A DNA stretch of 64,000 nucleotides. Source: a virus. Each line of letters starts with the position of its first letter. Within the stretch, counting starts at the first letter, position 1. Below are positions 1 to 9,269 of this stretch, one piece after another. The stretch is from IMG/VR virus record IMGVR_UViG_3300028840_003851; one strand, 5' to 3'. The notes below the pieces were generated by a model. The model worked only from the letters and a program-made list of their open reading frames with translations. It was not told the origin of the DNA and ran no database searches. The translations under genes were made by a program, and so were the position numbers.

Positions 1-346
1 CCGGTGCAGTGGCAGTTATAGTGGACCCGCTCACTCCAGATGTGCTCAGATAATAAATGGCACGTGGGACCAACCCCGAGAACCCGGCCATCTCCCCGGA
101 GTACTGCACCACGCATGTTCCACCCACGACTGACTGAACAAGGCCAATCACGGGCTGTGTCCCGGGACCATTAGCGTCTGCCAGAGCTACCTGACCAGAG
201 GCCGACAGGTATACAGCATCACCTACTGCCAAGCCTCCTAGATGTGTATAGGTTCCTCTATTGGTGGCTGGGTCTCCGCCGCCACCAGCGCCTACCTCGG
301 CAAAGTCTAGGGTTCCTGTGAATGGATTAAAGACCAGGGAAGCCAT
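1..346 (-). CDS. Virion fibre/decoration-like protein, 5' part only (runs off the window)
   Basis: Not in the ORF track. ATG at 346 overlaps the upstream TAA (TAATG). Open to position 1: MASLVFNPFTGTLDFAEVGAGGGG...GLAVGDAVYLSASG...VIGLV, a Gly/Val-rich beta-type sequence typical of phage fibre tips. Confidence 0.6.
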   Translation of the reverse strand, partial: MASLVFNPFTGTLDFAEVGAGGGGDPATNRGTYTHLGGLAVGDAVYLSASGQVALADANGPGTQPVIGLVQSVVGGTCVVQYSGEMAGFSGLVPRAIYYLSTSGVSGSTITATAP

Positions 347-564
347 TAGGTCCTCTGTACGCGCACCAGGTCCCCAGCTACCCAGGTGAGGGTTAGAGTG
401 GCCACCAGCCCGCCACCGTTGTAGTACTCAACAGTTGTGGGGTCCCCGCCCGTGTAGCTAATCTGTACGTCGTCGTACTCAAAAGGGACAAGCTGCGCTA
501 GCTGCAGCGTGCTCACAGAGTCTGTAGACGCGTCCAGGTACCTGCCTATAAGGATGGTCGCCAT
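346..564 (-). CDS. Small hypothetical protein in the virion module (72 aa)
   Basis: Start abuts the upstream stop (TAG-ATG); beta-strand-like YDDVQISYTGGDPTTVEYY...VATLTLTW. Confidence 0.7.
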   Translation of the reverse strand: MATILIGRYLDASTDSVSTLQLAQLVPFEYDDVQISYTGGDPTTVEYYNGGGLVATLTLTWVAGDLVRVQRT

Positions 565-1059
565 CTAGCTCCTTGCCTCCAATGCCCAGATGCTTAGGGA
601 GAGTACACCAACCGTGCTGAGAATTCCCAGCACCACGCCGAACTCTACTGACTGATACCACGGTGGGTCGTTAAGTCTCTTCTGCAGCTCTTCGCGTTTG
701 TCCTCTGAGCTCTTCAAACGAAGGCGTAGGCTGCTCTCCATCTCCTCTGACCTGGACCTCTCCAGCTTAAGCAGCTTGGAGTAGTGCTCTACCTCTACGA
801 GGCGTAGGTCCTTCTCCCTCTTCACATCTAGCTCTAGGCGGCGCCTGTACTGCACTATCCAGTTAACCCACCGGAGAGCGGTGTCCTGACTGTAGAGCTG
901 ACCTGTGAACGGTGCTGTGTCCCCCTTACGCAGAGGGACAATGACGTCATCCCCGGGGGGTATCGACTCCACCTTTGGAGGCTCTGCTGACGCTACCTGA
1001 GAAATCAGGAGTGCTAGCACACAGAGAGTAAAGGTCAGAATCTTACTTGGAGTAGGCAT
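565..1059 (-). CDS. Signal peptide + coiled coil + C-terminal TM protein (spanin-like topology, function uncertain)
   Basis: Start moved to ATG 1059, 2 nt after the upstream stop. Hydrophobic N-terminus ending ASA|E, APFTGQL motif, charged heptads, C-terminal GVVLGILSTVGVLSLSIWAL. Confidence 0.65.
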   Translation of the reverse strand: MPTPSKILTFTLCVLALLISQVASAEPPKVESIPPGDDVIVPLRKGDTAPFTGQLYSQDTALRWVNWIVQYRRRLELDVKREKDLRLVEVEHYSKLLKLERSRSEEMESSLRLRLKSSEDKREELQKRLNDPPWYQSVEFGVVLGILSTVGVLSLSIWALEARS

Positions 1060-1061
1060 AT

Positions 1062-4000
1062 CTACGTGCTCACCACCACTGTCCACTGGCCCGTAAGGGG
1101 CGTCCATCCGGAGAAATCAATAGTAAGCGTGTTCCCGTTAACTCCAGTAACCACGCGGGGAGCTGTAGTAACATCTCTCTTTACAAGAAGATTGTCGTAC
1201 ACCGCCACATGATTGAACTGTTGCCCTAGGTTGTGCGTTACAGTAAGAACACCAGTAACCAGAGAGGCGTCTGTAAACGCTGTCTGGTAGCTCCTGCTGT
1301 TGGTTGTTACGAGCTCGTCTATAGCGGCCTGAGTATTGGTGGCTGTCAATCCCGACGTGGCGTTGTTGTACGACGAGCCCCTGTTGGTCCAGGTACCAGG
1401 GGCAGTAACGTTTACCAACGTACCCCCTCCAAGCTTGGTGCAGCAGTTTGTCTCTATGACAGACCCAGCCTCCGCCACGGACGCTGAAGCGCCAAACGCG
1501 CAGGCAACAGCACGGAATGTAGAGCCCCCAGTAACGGTCACAGCTCCAAGAAACTCCGTTGCCATGGAGTTGATGTTCCACGCCCCACTGTTCGGAGACA
1601 AAGCTGCAGTAACGTCACAGTTGTTTATGGTGTACAGCCCCGGACCGTACGTTGCGGACCCTGCGTTTCCTAGCCTGCAGAACCTGTACACACCACCAGC
1701 TAGCGTGAAGTTGTCTAGGAAGTTTGTCCAGCTCGCCTCCATATCGAATAGATGGTCGCCTCCGAGAACCTTACCGCCGAACAACCTTTCTACAGCCAAG
1801 CTCTTCCCGTCGAACGGGTCTGTAAAGATGCAGTCATGCGCGAACAGAGCACCACCTGAGGGGGAGCCTCCACTGAGTACACAGCGGTCTGCTCGCAGCA
1901 AGGATGCGCCCGTCAGAGATAGATTGGATATTGTGCACCCTATGACGCTCGCCTCCGTCGTATCCGCTGTTGGACCGACGTATGTGGCCGTAGAGGTGAT
2001 GCTGCCTGTCAAGAAGGTCTGCCCCTCCTCCCCGACAATGCTTACCCACGGACGTACAACAATATTCTCTGCGTTAGTCCCTGTTATCTTAATAACCCAT
2101 CTACTGGATGCTGACGGAGACTGTGCAGTGACGTACGCATCCGCACCAACCCAATTGGGGTACCTCTCTCCAATAACAGCTCCCTCATCAGGGTCTACCA
2201 ATATTACGCGAGACGGCTGCGACCCTCGCTGACCTACAAGAGCGTCTATGGCATCTTGAACGTTATCAACACCGCCAAGAGCGCCTAGGTCCGTGTATCG
2301 CACATTAGCCGAATCATCCAACATAGTATCGGGATACGGCGACGGTAGATATGAGAAGTTGGACTGCGTACCGAAGGTACACGTGGCGTCCCTGAATAGG
2401 GAGAAGCTAGCTACCTGGAACGGGAACCCAGCGTTCTCTACTGTATCCTGCGCTACGACAACGTCTCTGTACAGCCTAATCTGGCACGTTCCCCACATAC
2501 GGAACACCCCCTCAACTCCGGATGTCCTACTGCCATCTACAAGCTCTATTACAGTGTTGTCGCTTAGCTCGAATATAGGGGACTGACCGGGTAAGACCTG
2601 CAGCTCTGTGCTCCTAAATAGGAGCCTGTACCCTGTACCCTGTACAGACCACGAGGTAGAGTTACCTACAATCTTTAGGTCCTCTACAATCGACATACCG
2701 GGTAACGTAGCCCCGTCCTGAATCTCTACCTCTGTTCTTGGTGTGGTTCCAGGAGGGTTACTGCCTTTGAGCGTTGTGTCCGTAATGTCCCAAGCACCTG
2801 CCGGGATTAACGCGGGAGACGTGAACGAGTCATCTATCCGGAGAGTCTTCTTCCCTGGCGGGGCGGCCCCAATAGCGGTCATCATAGCCGCCCAGTCTGT
2901 GTACACGTTACCCGCTGCTGTACCGCCAGGCTGGTACACGAAGATTAGAGACCCTCCAAACGACAGCTCATCTATGGCCGCTTGTGTGTCGGTAGCGGTT
3001 AGATGCCCGGTGATTGATGGGTCGAACTCTACGTACTGCGCTTCCTCTGAGTTGACAACGAACCAGGCGCTGCCCGACCAGAAGCTCTTAGGGTCATCCC
3101 AAGTAGCTGATGCAGCCACTATTACGGCAATACCTGATGAGCCAGCTACCCCGCTGAGGGACGTCTCTAAGCAGGAGCATCCTTGCCCCAGAAAGAGGAA
3201 TATAGAGGAGCCGGAAACCGAAGCGTCTATTACTGGATTAGCTCCTGACGACCCGCTACCATGCTTCATGTCGAAGTACGCGGGACCTGTGGTTCCTATA
3301 ACAGACACTAATGGAGAAAGAGGGCTCGCCGTCATAATGGCGTTGTTCTCCAGCTCCATCTTATCCCCCGATTCAAGGACTATTGCAGGAGGTGCCCCCA
3401 AGCTATAAATATTAATGTTGTTCGCAAGCCTGCGAAGGTTCGTGAGCGAAGCCCCCGCAGACACACGGCATAGAACCTGTGTAAGGCGGGTAGAATACCC
3501 CTCTAAAGACACATCGGTCATATTCCATGAGCCAACAGGAATGGTTACAGGGGATATGTATGTGTCGTCTACAATGACCTTCCTAGGACCGTCTACGAGC
3601 AGAACGTCATCCATCATCTCTACCCAATCTGAGTAGTAGCTACCCTCTGTAGGGCCACCCGGACGGAAGATGAATACGCGTGACGTGTCTGCTAGATAGG
3701 CGGATGTAGCGGTCCCACCAATGTAATGAAACCCCGTTATGTATGGGTCCGCTACTGCGAAGTCGTCTGCCAGCATCAGCAGACCGTTGTCGTAGTTGAA
3801 CACCCATCCGACGCTCTTGTTGATGCCTGTGCCTGTTGTACCGTCTGTAGTGAGAATCTCTGTCCCACCAGCATCGGGGTCACCATTAAACAGACGCGCG
3901 GTGTATCCTACGCTAGGAACTCCTGTTGCCTGCGGAGCAAACGGGGGCTTTAACCACCCGTACATCCACGTAGAGAAGTCTCCGTACGTCTGGAGAGCTA

Positions 4001-4292
4001 CGTATGTGTTGTTGACACCAGGAACAGGTGTCATCCTGATAGCATTAGCGGCCAAGCTGTAATCTGCAATCACTCCCGCCAGAGGACCCGCGGCATTCGC
4101 TTGCGCTGTTGCTATGTTAGCGGCTGGATTTGCTCGTACAAGAGCGGCCTCAGTCCACACTAACGCCGCATCTAGGACGAACCCAAAAGCTCTGGTGCTC
4201 TCATACCACTGCGCCGTTGGGTCTGAGTCTAGCACTCCTCCTTGTAGCGCCTTGGCTGCGGCTACAATCCTCTCTAGCTCGCCGAAAGACAC
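1062..4292 (-). CDS. Large modular tail fibre/spike protein (1076 aa) with beta-helix-like segments
   Basis: G/T/S/A/V-rich; three copies of a (T/D)N(T/V)Q.AID(E/A)L linker and two IF(R/Y).PGG...Y.DW..MM modules. Confidence 0.7.
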   Translation of the reverse strand: MSFGELERIVAAAKALQGGVLDSDPTAQWYESTRAFGFVLDAALVWTEAALVRANPAANIATAQANAAGPLAGVIADYSLAANAIRMTPVPGVNNTYVALQTYGDFSTWMYGWLKPPFAPQATGVPSVGYTARLFNGDPDAGGTEILTTDGTTGTGINKSVGWVFNYDNGLLMLADDFAVADPYITGFHYIGGTATSAYLADTSRVFIFRPGGPTEGSYYSDWVEMMDDVLLVDGPRKVIVDDTYISPVTIPVGSWNMTDVSLEGYSTRLTQVLCRVSAGASLTNLRRLANNINIYSLGAPPAIVLESGDKMELENNAIMTASPLSPLVSVIGTTGPAYFDMKHGSGSSGANPVIDASVSGSSIFLFLGQGCSCLETSLSGVAGSSGIAVIVAASATWDDPKSFWSGSAWFVVNSEEAQYVEFDPSITGHLTATDTQAAIDELSFGGSLIFVYQPGGTAAGNVYTDWAAMMTAIGAAPPGKKTLRIDDSFTSPALIPAGAWDITDTTLKGSNPPGTTPRTEVEIQDGATLPGMSIVEDLKIVGNSTSWSVQGTGYRLLFRSTELQVLPGQSPIFELSDNTVIELVDGSRTSGVEGVFRMWGTCQIRLYRDVVVAQDTVENAGFPFQVASFSLFRDATCTFGTQSNFSYLPSPYPDTMLDDSANVRYTDLGALGGVDNVQDAIDALVGQRGSQPSRVILVDPDEGAVIGERYPNWVGADAYVTAQSPSASSRWVIKITGTNAENIVVRPWVSIVGEEGQTFLTGSITSTATYVGPTADTTEASVIGCTISNLSLTGASLLRADRCVLSGGSPSGGALFAHDCIFTDPFDGKSLAVERLFGGKVLGGDHLFDMEASWTNFLDNFTLAGGVYRFCRLGNAGSATYGPGLYTINNCDVTAALSPNSGAWNINSMATEFLGAVTVTGGSTFRAVACAFGASASVAEAGSVIETNCCTKLGGGTLVNVTAPGTWTNRGSSYNNATSGLTATNTQAAIDELVTTNSRSYQTAFTDASLVTGVLTVTHNLGQQFNHVAVYDNLLVKRDVTTAPRVVTGVNGNTLTIDFSGWTPLTGQWTVVVST

Positions 4293-4294
4293 AG

Positions 4295-4459
4295 CTATCT
4301 ACCTGCTTCCTTGATGAGCCCCTCGGCTTGTGCCACAAGAACTCGCCACTCTGCTAGCGGGATACGGAACACCTGTACGCAGCTGTCACTCACCTTTACG
4401 GAGAGCTGCACCTCTTTGGTGTCCTTCTTGTATTCGACCTTTGTAAGTGTGGAGAACAT
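4295..4459 (-). CDS. Small hypothetical protein (54 aa), below the ORF-track cutoff
   Basis: ATG 4459 to TAG 4295: MFSTLTKVEYKKDTKEVQLSVKVSDSCVQVFRIPLAEWRVLVAQAEGLIKEAGR. Fills the gap between 4292 and 4464 exactly. Confidence 0.6.
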   Translation of the reverse strand: MFSTLTKVEYKKDTKEVQLSVKVSDSCVQVFRIPLAEWRVLVAQAEGLIKEAGR

Positions 4460-4463
4460 AGAG

Positions 4464-6350
4464 CTACACGAAGGTTACGGACATAGAGTCCAGCTGAGTT
4501 CCTGGATTGATGATGCGTACCCAGCCATAGAACCCTATGCTTGCCGGGGTACCTGGGCCGAAGGTGCAGTTGATTGTGTTCCCTACGGAGGAGCCTTCCC
4601 TAATGCCGGAGCCGGGTACTGTCACACCGTCGTCCCAGAAGGCAAGGTTGAACGGCTCATGCACCCGTAGGGGGAAGGTGTTCCCTGGGGGAGGTCCGAA
4701 GTTACCTCCGGAGGGAGCATCGATACGGTAGACATATACCTCAAGGTTCCCTGCAATGAGGTCTGCCAGGGCGTCTCCTGCCGCGAAGACGCCGGAGAAC
4801 ACAATCGTGAAGGAGGGTATGAGGCCGGGAGCCTGCGTGAACCTTCTGCCGTAGTCTACGGGAGCTCCTAGAGCCGAATAGTCTGGGTTAGCGCCGCCTA
4901 CATCGGGCTTGTACAGCGTCCAATCGGCGTTGGGGCTTGACGGTCCGTCCGAGCGAACGTAGGTCGTGGTGTTAGGTACCAAGAGGTAGCTGTCGTACTG
5001 CTGAGCTTCACCAGCTAGGAGGGCGTTAGAGCTCACCCACGTACCTGCCCCTGGGAAGCTAGCTGGGTCCTCTCTGCGAGCCTCGTCATCGAATCCCTCA
5101 AACAGGTCCGTGCTTGTAATCGTCCACGTGTCTATCAGCACAAGAGCATTAGCGGACAGCTGAGACCCACCAGCCGCCCACGGGTCTTGAGGTGTAGCTA
5201 CGATATTCGCGGTGGGCCCCATGTACCGGTAGTTGGCTTGAGATATGGCCCACGTGGTGTTTGTGTACCCAACACCAGCCACATCATGGTTGTTCGTCCA
5301 CCCCGTGAAGCTCCCGGCTCCCGCACCAAACGGGCACTGGTTAAGCGTGGCTAGCCCATACTCTGCCCCATTTAGGACGAGGTTGCTGTCCACCCTGCTA
5401 GTGTTCTCGTTGAGGTCGTCAATGCCGATGATGTTGGCTGTGAACTGGCTGTTGAGAACGTAGTACTCAAGTCCGGACAGGTGCTTGGTCTGAATGCCGC
5501 CACCTGTCTCTGCAATGGTTACCGCACCGCTTATGCTGGGGGTCGTGGGGTTGGCGTCCAGGAACACATCGCTTTGAGTGTACGTGTGCGAAGAGCCGTC
5601 TGTAGCACTGTCTGTGTCGTGCGTGATGGCTACGTGGTACCTGCCACCCGCTAGTCCAGCATTCGTCAGTATAGCGCCGATGTTGACCGTCACAGCCATC
5701 TTGGCCTGGAACCTAAGAGAGTCCGGGCCGTATCCTGTGATGGCAACCGTGATGTTACCGCTGGGAGAGTTATGCAGAGCCACACCGTCTAGCACGGGAG
5801 TGGTGTACGTCTCTAACAGGGACACCCCATCAGCGTCGTACACGTTGATGGTAGCCGTGCTATCCCCACCAAACCCGGTGGTGTTAGCCGGGGTTGTGAA
5901 CCCTACAGCAGCGGTGGTAGCGGCGTCTTGGTCTGTGCCAGCCCACCCTCCGGTGTTAAACGGAGTGCCCTCCCCTCCCGCGGGAGCAGAGATATGTGCG
6001 GAAGTACGTGATTGGCCCTCTACAACGCTCTGGTCTCCGTTGGCGCCATCAGACGTGTTCCAGTGAGAGAGAAAGGTAGGAGTAGGTATGAATATGTTCA
6101 CCTGCCCAGGTATAGAAGGGTCTGAAGCGAGTACATCCGCTCCTATGAAGTTGAGGGCTGTTACGCCCGTTAGAACTACCGTCCCCTCGTCTAAAACAGT
6201 GACTCCGCCTATTCCCCCGCTCTGCTCGAGACGGTAGAAAGCCTCGTCGATGTCGTTACGAAGGTCGGTAATCTCCCCGCCCCTACCACGGCTCTTTAAC
6301 AGATGCACGCGAACGGGCTTTTCATCTTTGAAGGACTGAGACTTTCCCAC
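4464..6350 (-). CDS. Virion fibre/structural protein (628 aa)
   Basis: Short N-terminal helix (GEITDLRNDIDEAF), then VLDEGTVVLTGVTALNFIG, a motif common in phage fibres; G/T/P-rich beta composition. Confidence 0.65.
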   Translation of the reverse strand: MGKSQSFKDEKPVRVHLLKSRGRGGEITDLRNDIDEAFYRLEQSGGIGGVTVLDEGTVVLTGVTALNFIGADVLASDPSIPGQVNIFIPTPTFLSHWNTSDGANGDQSVVEGQSRTSAHISAPAGGEGTPFNTGGWAGTDQDAATTAAVGFTTPANTTGFGGDSTATINVYDADGVSLLETYTTPVLDGVALHNSPSGNITVAITGYGPDSLRFQAKMAVTVNIGAILTNAGLAGGRYHVAITHDTDSATDGSSHTYTQSDVFLDANPTTPSISGAVTIAETGGGIQTKHLSGLEYYVLNSQFTANIIGIDDLNENTSRVDSNLVLNGAEYGLATLNQCPFGAGAGSFTGWTNNHDVAGVGYTNTTWAISQANYRYMGPTANIVATPQDPWAAGGSQLSANALVLIDTWTITSTDLFEGFDDEARREDPASFPGAGTWVSSNALLAGEAQQYDSYLLVPNTTTYVRSDGPSSPNADWTLYKPDVGGANPDYSALGAPVDYGRRFTQAPGLIPSFTIVFSGVFAAGDALADLIAGNLEVYVYRIDAPSGGNFGPPPGNTFPLRVHEPFNLAFWDDGVTVPGSGIREGSSVGNTINCTFGPGTPASIGFYGWVRIINPGTQLDSMSVTFV

Positions 6351-6391
6351 AGCACCTCTACTCTAGCAGCTGACTGCTTTCTAAGGGAACG

Positions 6392-8977
6392 TCACACAAG
6401 ACCATACGCGCTGAGCGCTGATATTGTCTGAGGAGAGATGCCTCCTGCAGCACTCATGGCGCTCCCGAATGTAGGATACGGGTTACCTATAGAAGCTCTA
6501 GGAGCTACGGGACCACCTGGCCCCACAGACCATCCGGACGACAAGGGACCGCCTCCCGCCATCCGCATCCCAGAGCCCTTCATCGCCTTCATGATTGCTC
6601 TTTGCTCGTTAGCCTGCACCTTGAACGCGGTAGGGTAGTAATCCTCCTTCCCCATCACCTGCACCTTGGCCGTCTTCTCCTGCACCGCAGCCTGCTTCAC
6701 CTCCATCCCTAGCTCCCTGGCACGTTCCACCCTCCCCTGAAGGTCCTTGACCCGAAGAAGCTGACGACGTACCTCCTTCGCACTGTCTCGCGGAGCTCCT
6801 CCACTTCTCTGGTTGGCGAGAAGGGTGCCTACTGTGCTTCCTCCCAGCACTCCAACGAGAGGTGCCGCTTGCGCCAGGAGATGCTTTCCTCCAAGAGCAC
6901 GGGCACCGAGACCTGCACCAAAGCCTAAGCCAGCACCAGCCAAACCGTACAGCTGCTGCCGCCTCCTGCGCTCCTTCATCTGCTCTGCCGCGCCGGCAGC
7001 TCTCTCCAGAGCCTGACCCTGTTGATGGTGGGCCAAGATACCCTCCAGCAGGGCTGCAGTGTCGTCCCCCTTTTCCGCCGTCTTTGCTGTGCCCTCCGGG
7101 TCTACACCCAAAAGAGCCTTAACGACGTCAAGGCCAACCTCAAACATGCTGCTTAATAGCTTAGGGGGTATGTGCTCCTTATATGCCTGTAGTGCGTCAC
7201 TCTTGTTGTCATAGCCGACAAACACCTTGTACTCATCGAACGTACCGTCCGGCTTTACCTGCCTAGCCCAGAATGTCCTTGTAGAGCCTTTGCTCGGGCC
7301 TACGAACACATCAAGGCTATCCCCGTCTCCTCCATTAGCACCTTTGAGGTAGCCGTAGTCTGTCTTGTACACGCGCTTCCACGGTGTACCCCCCTCGTCT
7401 ACGCCCTCCATGACGAACCCCTTTGGGCGGTCTATGTGCACAGTGAGCCCTTGAAAGTATACCTTCTTCTTTGCTCTACCGTCCTGCGCAATCTTGTCTA
7501 GCTCTCCTACGAACCCACGCCACCTGTGGAGCGCTGTAGGAGACCAGACCTCTGCTCTTTTCTCTTTGCTATCCATTAGCCCTCTAAACTGCCCTATCAG
7601 CTTCTCTTTACGTTGGGCGTGTGCCGTCAGGTACTCATCTATGCCCCCGCCGGGCTTTGTTATCTTCAGCTTCTCCAGCAACCCTGCCTTTGGTCTTGTG
7701 GCAAGGTAGCTCTCTACTGTGATGTTTCGTTCCTTCTTGGGTAGGTGCGTATGGCTTCTGTACCTAATGCCTCGGCCTTCCACCTGCTTCAGCTTCTCTG
7801 TGTTCCAGTGTGGCTCTAGCACCTGGAGCAGCCTGGTGCCCTTGAGGTCTAGCCCCTCACCGCCTGCTGAGCTAAGCAGTAGAACCCTCTTATTCCCTTC
7901 ATTGTAGTCTCGAACCAGCTGGTCACGCTCCTTCTTGGGCATGGCCCCGGTGAACTCCCCGTAGGGGATGCCCGCCTGCTCAAGCCTCTCCTTGTACGGG
8001 CGTACCCCAGCATCCAGATAGTTTGAGTAGACCACCCCCTTAAACCTGGGGTTGCCCTCTAGCTTAGCCTTCATACGTTTGAACGCTGTATCAACCTTGG
8101 GCTCTTGGGGGGGCTCCTTTGGCGCATGCGCCCTCGTGGAGAGAGATATCTGCCGTACAGCAGAGGCAAACGCGTTAAGCTGCTTGGACTCCTGCTTGGA
8201 GGGGGGGAGACCCGCCTTTATCTTGAGCGCTACCCACGGAGGGGCTTGTCCTATTACCCCATCGTACAGCTTGCGCTGTTTGGCGGTCATGGGAACCTTC
8301 ACCACCTCCCTCCTCACGTCTGGGAAGTCGGCCTTCGTGCCAGGGTGGTAGTCTACCCACGTACGCATCACCTTCTTGAGCTCGTTGGCCTGTCTCGGGT
8401 TAAGCTCCTGCACCGTCCCAGGCTTGGCCCCACGGATACGCTGCCACAAGGAAGGATTGATGCGCGTCTCCTTCACGTACCTCTGCTCAAAGCTCTTCTG
8501 GTCTGGGGGGAGGACACGCTCCCCCGCGGCAATGTTTATCAGAGGAGCTATGTCACTTGGCCTATTATAAAATGGGCTCGCCGTGAGGAGCATACGCTTA
8601 TCTGAGAGGTTCCTCTTAAGCGCTTGATAGGTCTTAGAGTCCACCTCTCTTGCTCTGTGCGCCTCATCTACAATCAGCATGGGCGCATCTATCACCTCGC
8701 CTGCTCTTGCTACACGCTGCAGAGTAGTAATAGCCGCCTCGGGGGAGGTGCCTTCTATGTGCTTCTCTCGCTCCTTCTCGTAGTTCGCCTTCAAGGAGGC
8801 GGGCACGACCACAGTAGAAGGAAGACCTAACGCATCCTGTGCAGCAATAGAGCTGAGGGTCTTACCAGAGCCTAGCCCATGAGCCACTACCAGCCCTGGC
8901 TGCTCCTTCATACGCTCTACTACCTTGCGCTGATGGGGCTTTAGCTCATGGCGTATTGCCGCGACCTTCTCAGACAT
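6392..8977 (-). CDS. SNF2/SF2 helicase fused to an inorganic-pyrophosphatase-like (InPase) domain and a Gly-rich hydrophobic tail
   Basis: Walker A HGLGSGKT, DEAH, motif III LTASP, motifs V/VI SAGGEGLDL and QVEGRGIR (about 7600-8960). Then YGYLKG..GGDGDSLDVFVGP...DEYKVFVGY (about 7100-7470), carrying the PPase-type DxDxxD motif. Confidence 0.85.
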   Translation of the reverse strand: MSEKVAAIRHELKPHQRKVVERMKEQPGLVVAHGLGSGKTLSSIAAQDALGLPSTVVVPASLKANYEKEREKHIEGTSPEAAITTLQRVARAGEVIDAPMLIVDEAHRAREVDSKTYQALKRNLSDKRMLLTASPFYNRPSDIAPLINIAAGERVLPPDQKSFEQRYVKETRINPSLWQRIRGAKPGTVQELNPRQANELKKVMRTWVDYHPGTKADFPDVRREVVKVPMTAKQRKLYDGVIGQAPPWVALKIKAGLPPSKQESKQLNAFASAVRQISLSTRAHAPKEPPQEPKVDTAFKRMKAKLEGNPRFKGVVYSNYLDAGVRPYKERLEQAGIPYGEFTGAMPKKERDQLVRDYNEGNKRVLLLSSAGGEGLDLKGTRLLQVLEPHWNTEKLKQVEGRGIRYRSHTHLPKKERNITVESYLATRPKAGLLEKLKITKPGGGIDEYLTAHAQRKEKLIGQFRGLMDSKEKRAEVWSPTALHRWRGFVGELDKIAQDGRAKKKVYFQGLTVHIDRPKGFVMEGVDEGGTPWKRVYKTDYGYLKGANGGDGDSLDVFVGPSKGSTRTFWARQVKPDGTFDEYKVFVGYDNKSDALQAYKEHIPPKLLSSMFEVGLDVVKALLGVDPEGTAKTAEKGDDTAALLEGILAHHQQGQALERAAGAAEQMKERRRRQQLYGLAGAGLGFGAGLGARALGGKHLLAQAAPLVGVLGGSTVGTLLANQRSGGAPRDSAKEVRRQLLRVKDLQGRVERARELGMEVKQAAVQEKTAKVQVMGKEDYYPTAFKVQANEQRAIMKAMKGSGMRMAGGGPLSSGWSVGPGGPVAPRASIGNPYPTFGSAMSAAGGISPQTISALSAYGLV

Positions 8978-9032
8978 GCCTCATCGTACCACCATCCGTA
9001 TGCACCGAGCACCTCTGTCAGAGCGAGATGTG

Positions 9033-9059
9033 AAAGTTCGTCATGAAATAAAGCATAAG
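9033..9059 (+). promoter_or_regulatory. Putative phage promoter (AAA(A)...ATAAG motif) upstream of the structured-RNA island
   Basis: AAAG at 9033 and ATAAG at 9055, the same 21-24 nt spacing as the copies at 9852, 11275, 31199, 43909(-) and 45511(-). Confidence 0.4.
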
Positions 9060-9065
9060 AATAAC

Positions 9066-9257
9066 GAGATGGAAGATACATCTCAGGTGCCGACCAGAGT
9101 TAAAGCCCTCTGGTCAGGGAGAGCAGTCTCCCGCCATCGGAGTGGCGCCCGGTGGTTAGTGTTTTTTACCGAGGTACTCTCGGTAGGCTGGATGCTGGGC
9201 CGGTGACCAACAGCATCCGCAAAAGCCTGAGCACGGAGCTTCCCGGAGCTCTGCGCT
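9066..9257 (+). ncRNA. Candidate structured ncRNA or leader: a chain of seven hairpins
   Basis: GAGATG/CATCTC, GACCAGAG/CTCTGGTC, GGGAGA/TCTCCC, GGTGCC/GGCGCC (or GCCA/TGGC), TACCGAG/CTCGGTA, GGATGCTG/CAGCATCC, and AGCACGGAGCT/AGCTCTGCGCT. No convincing CDS. Confidence 0.45.
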
Positions 9258-9269
9258 GCTTATCTTAAG

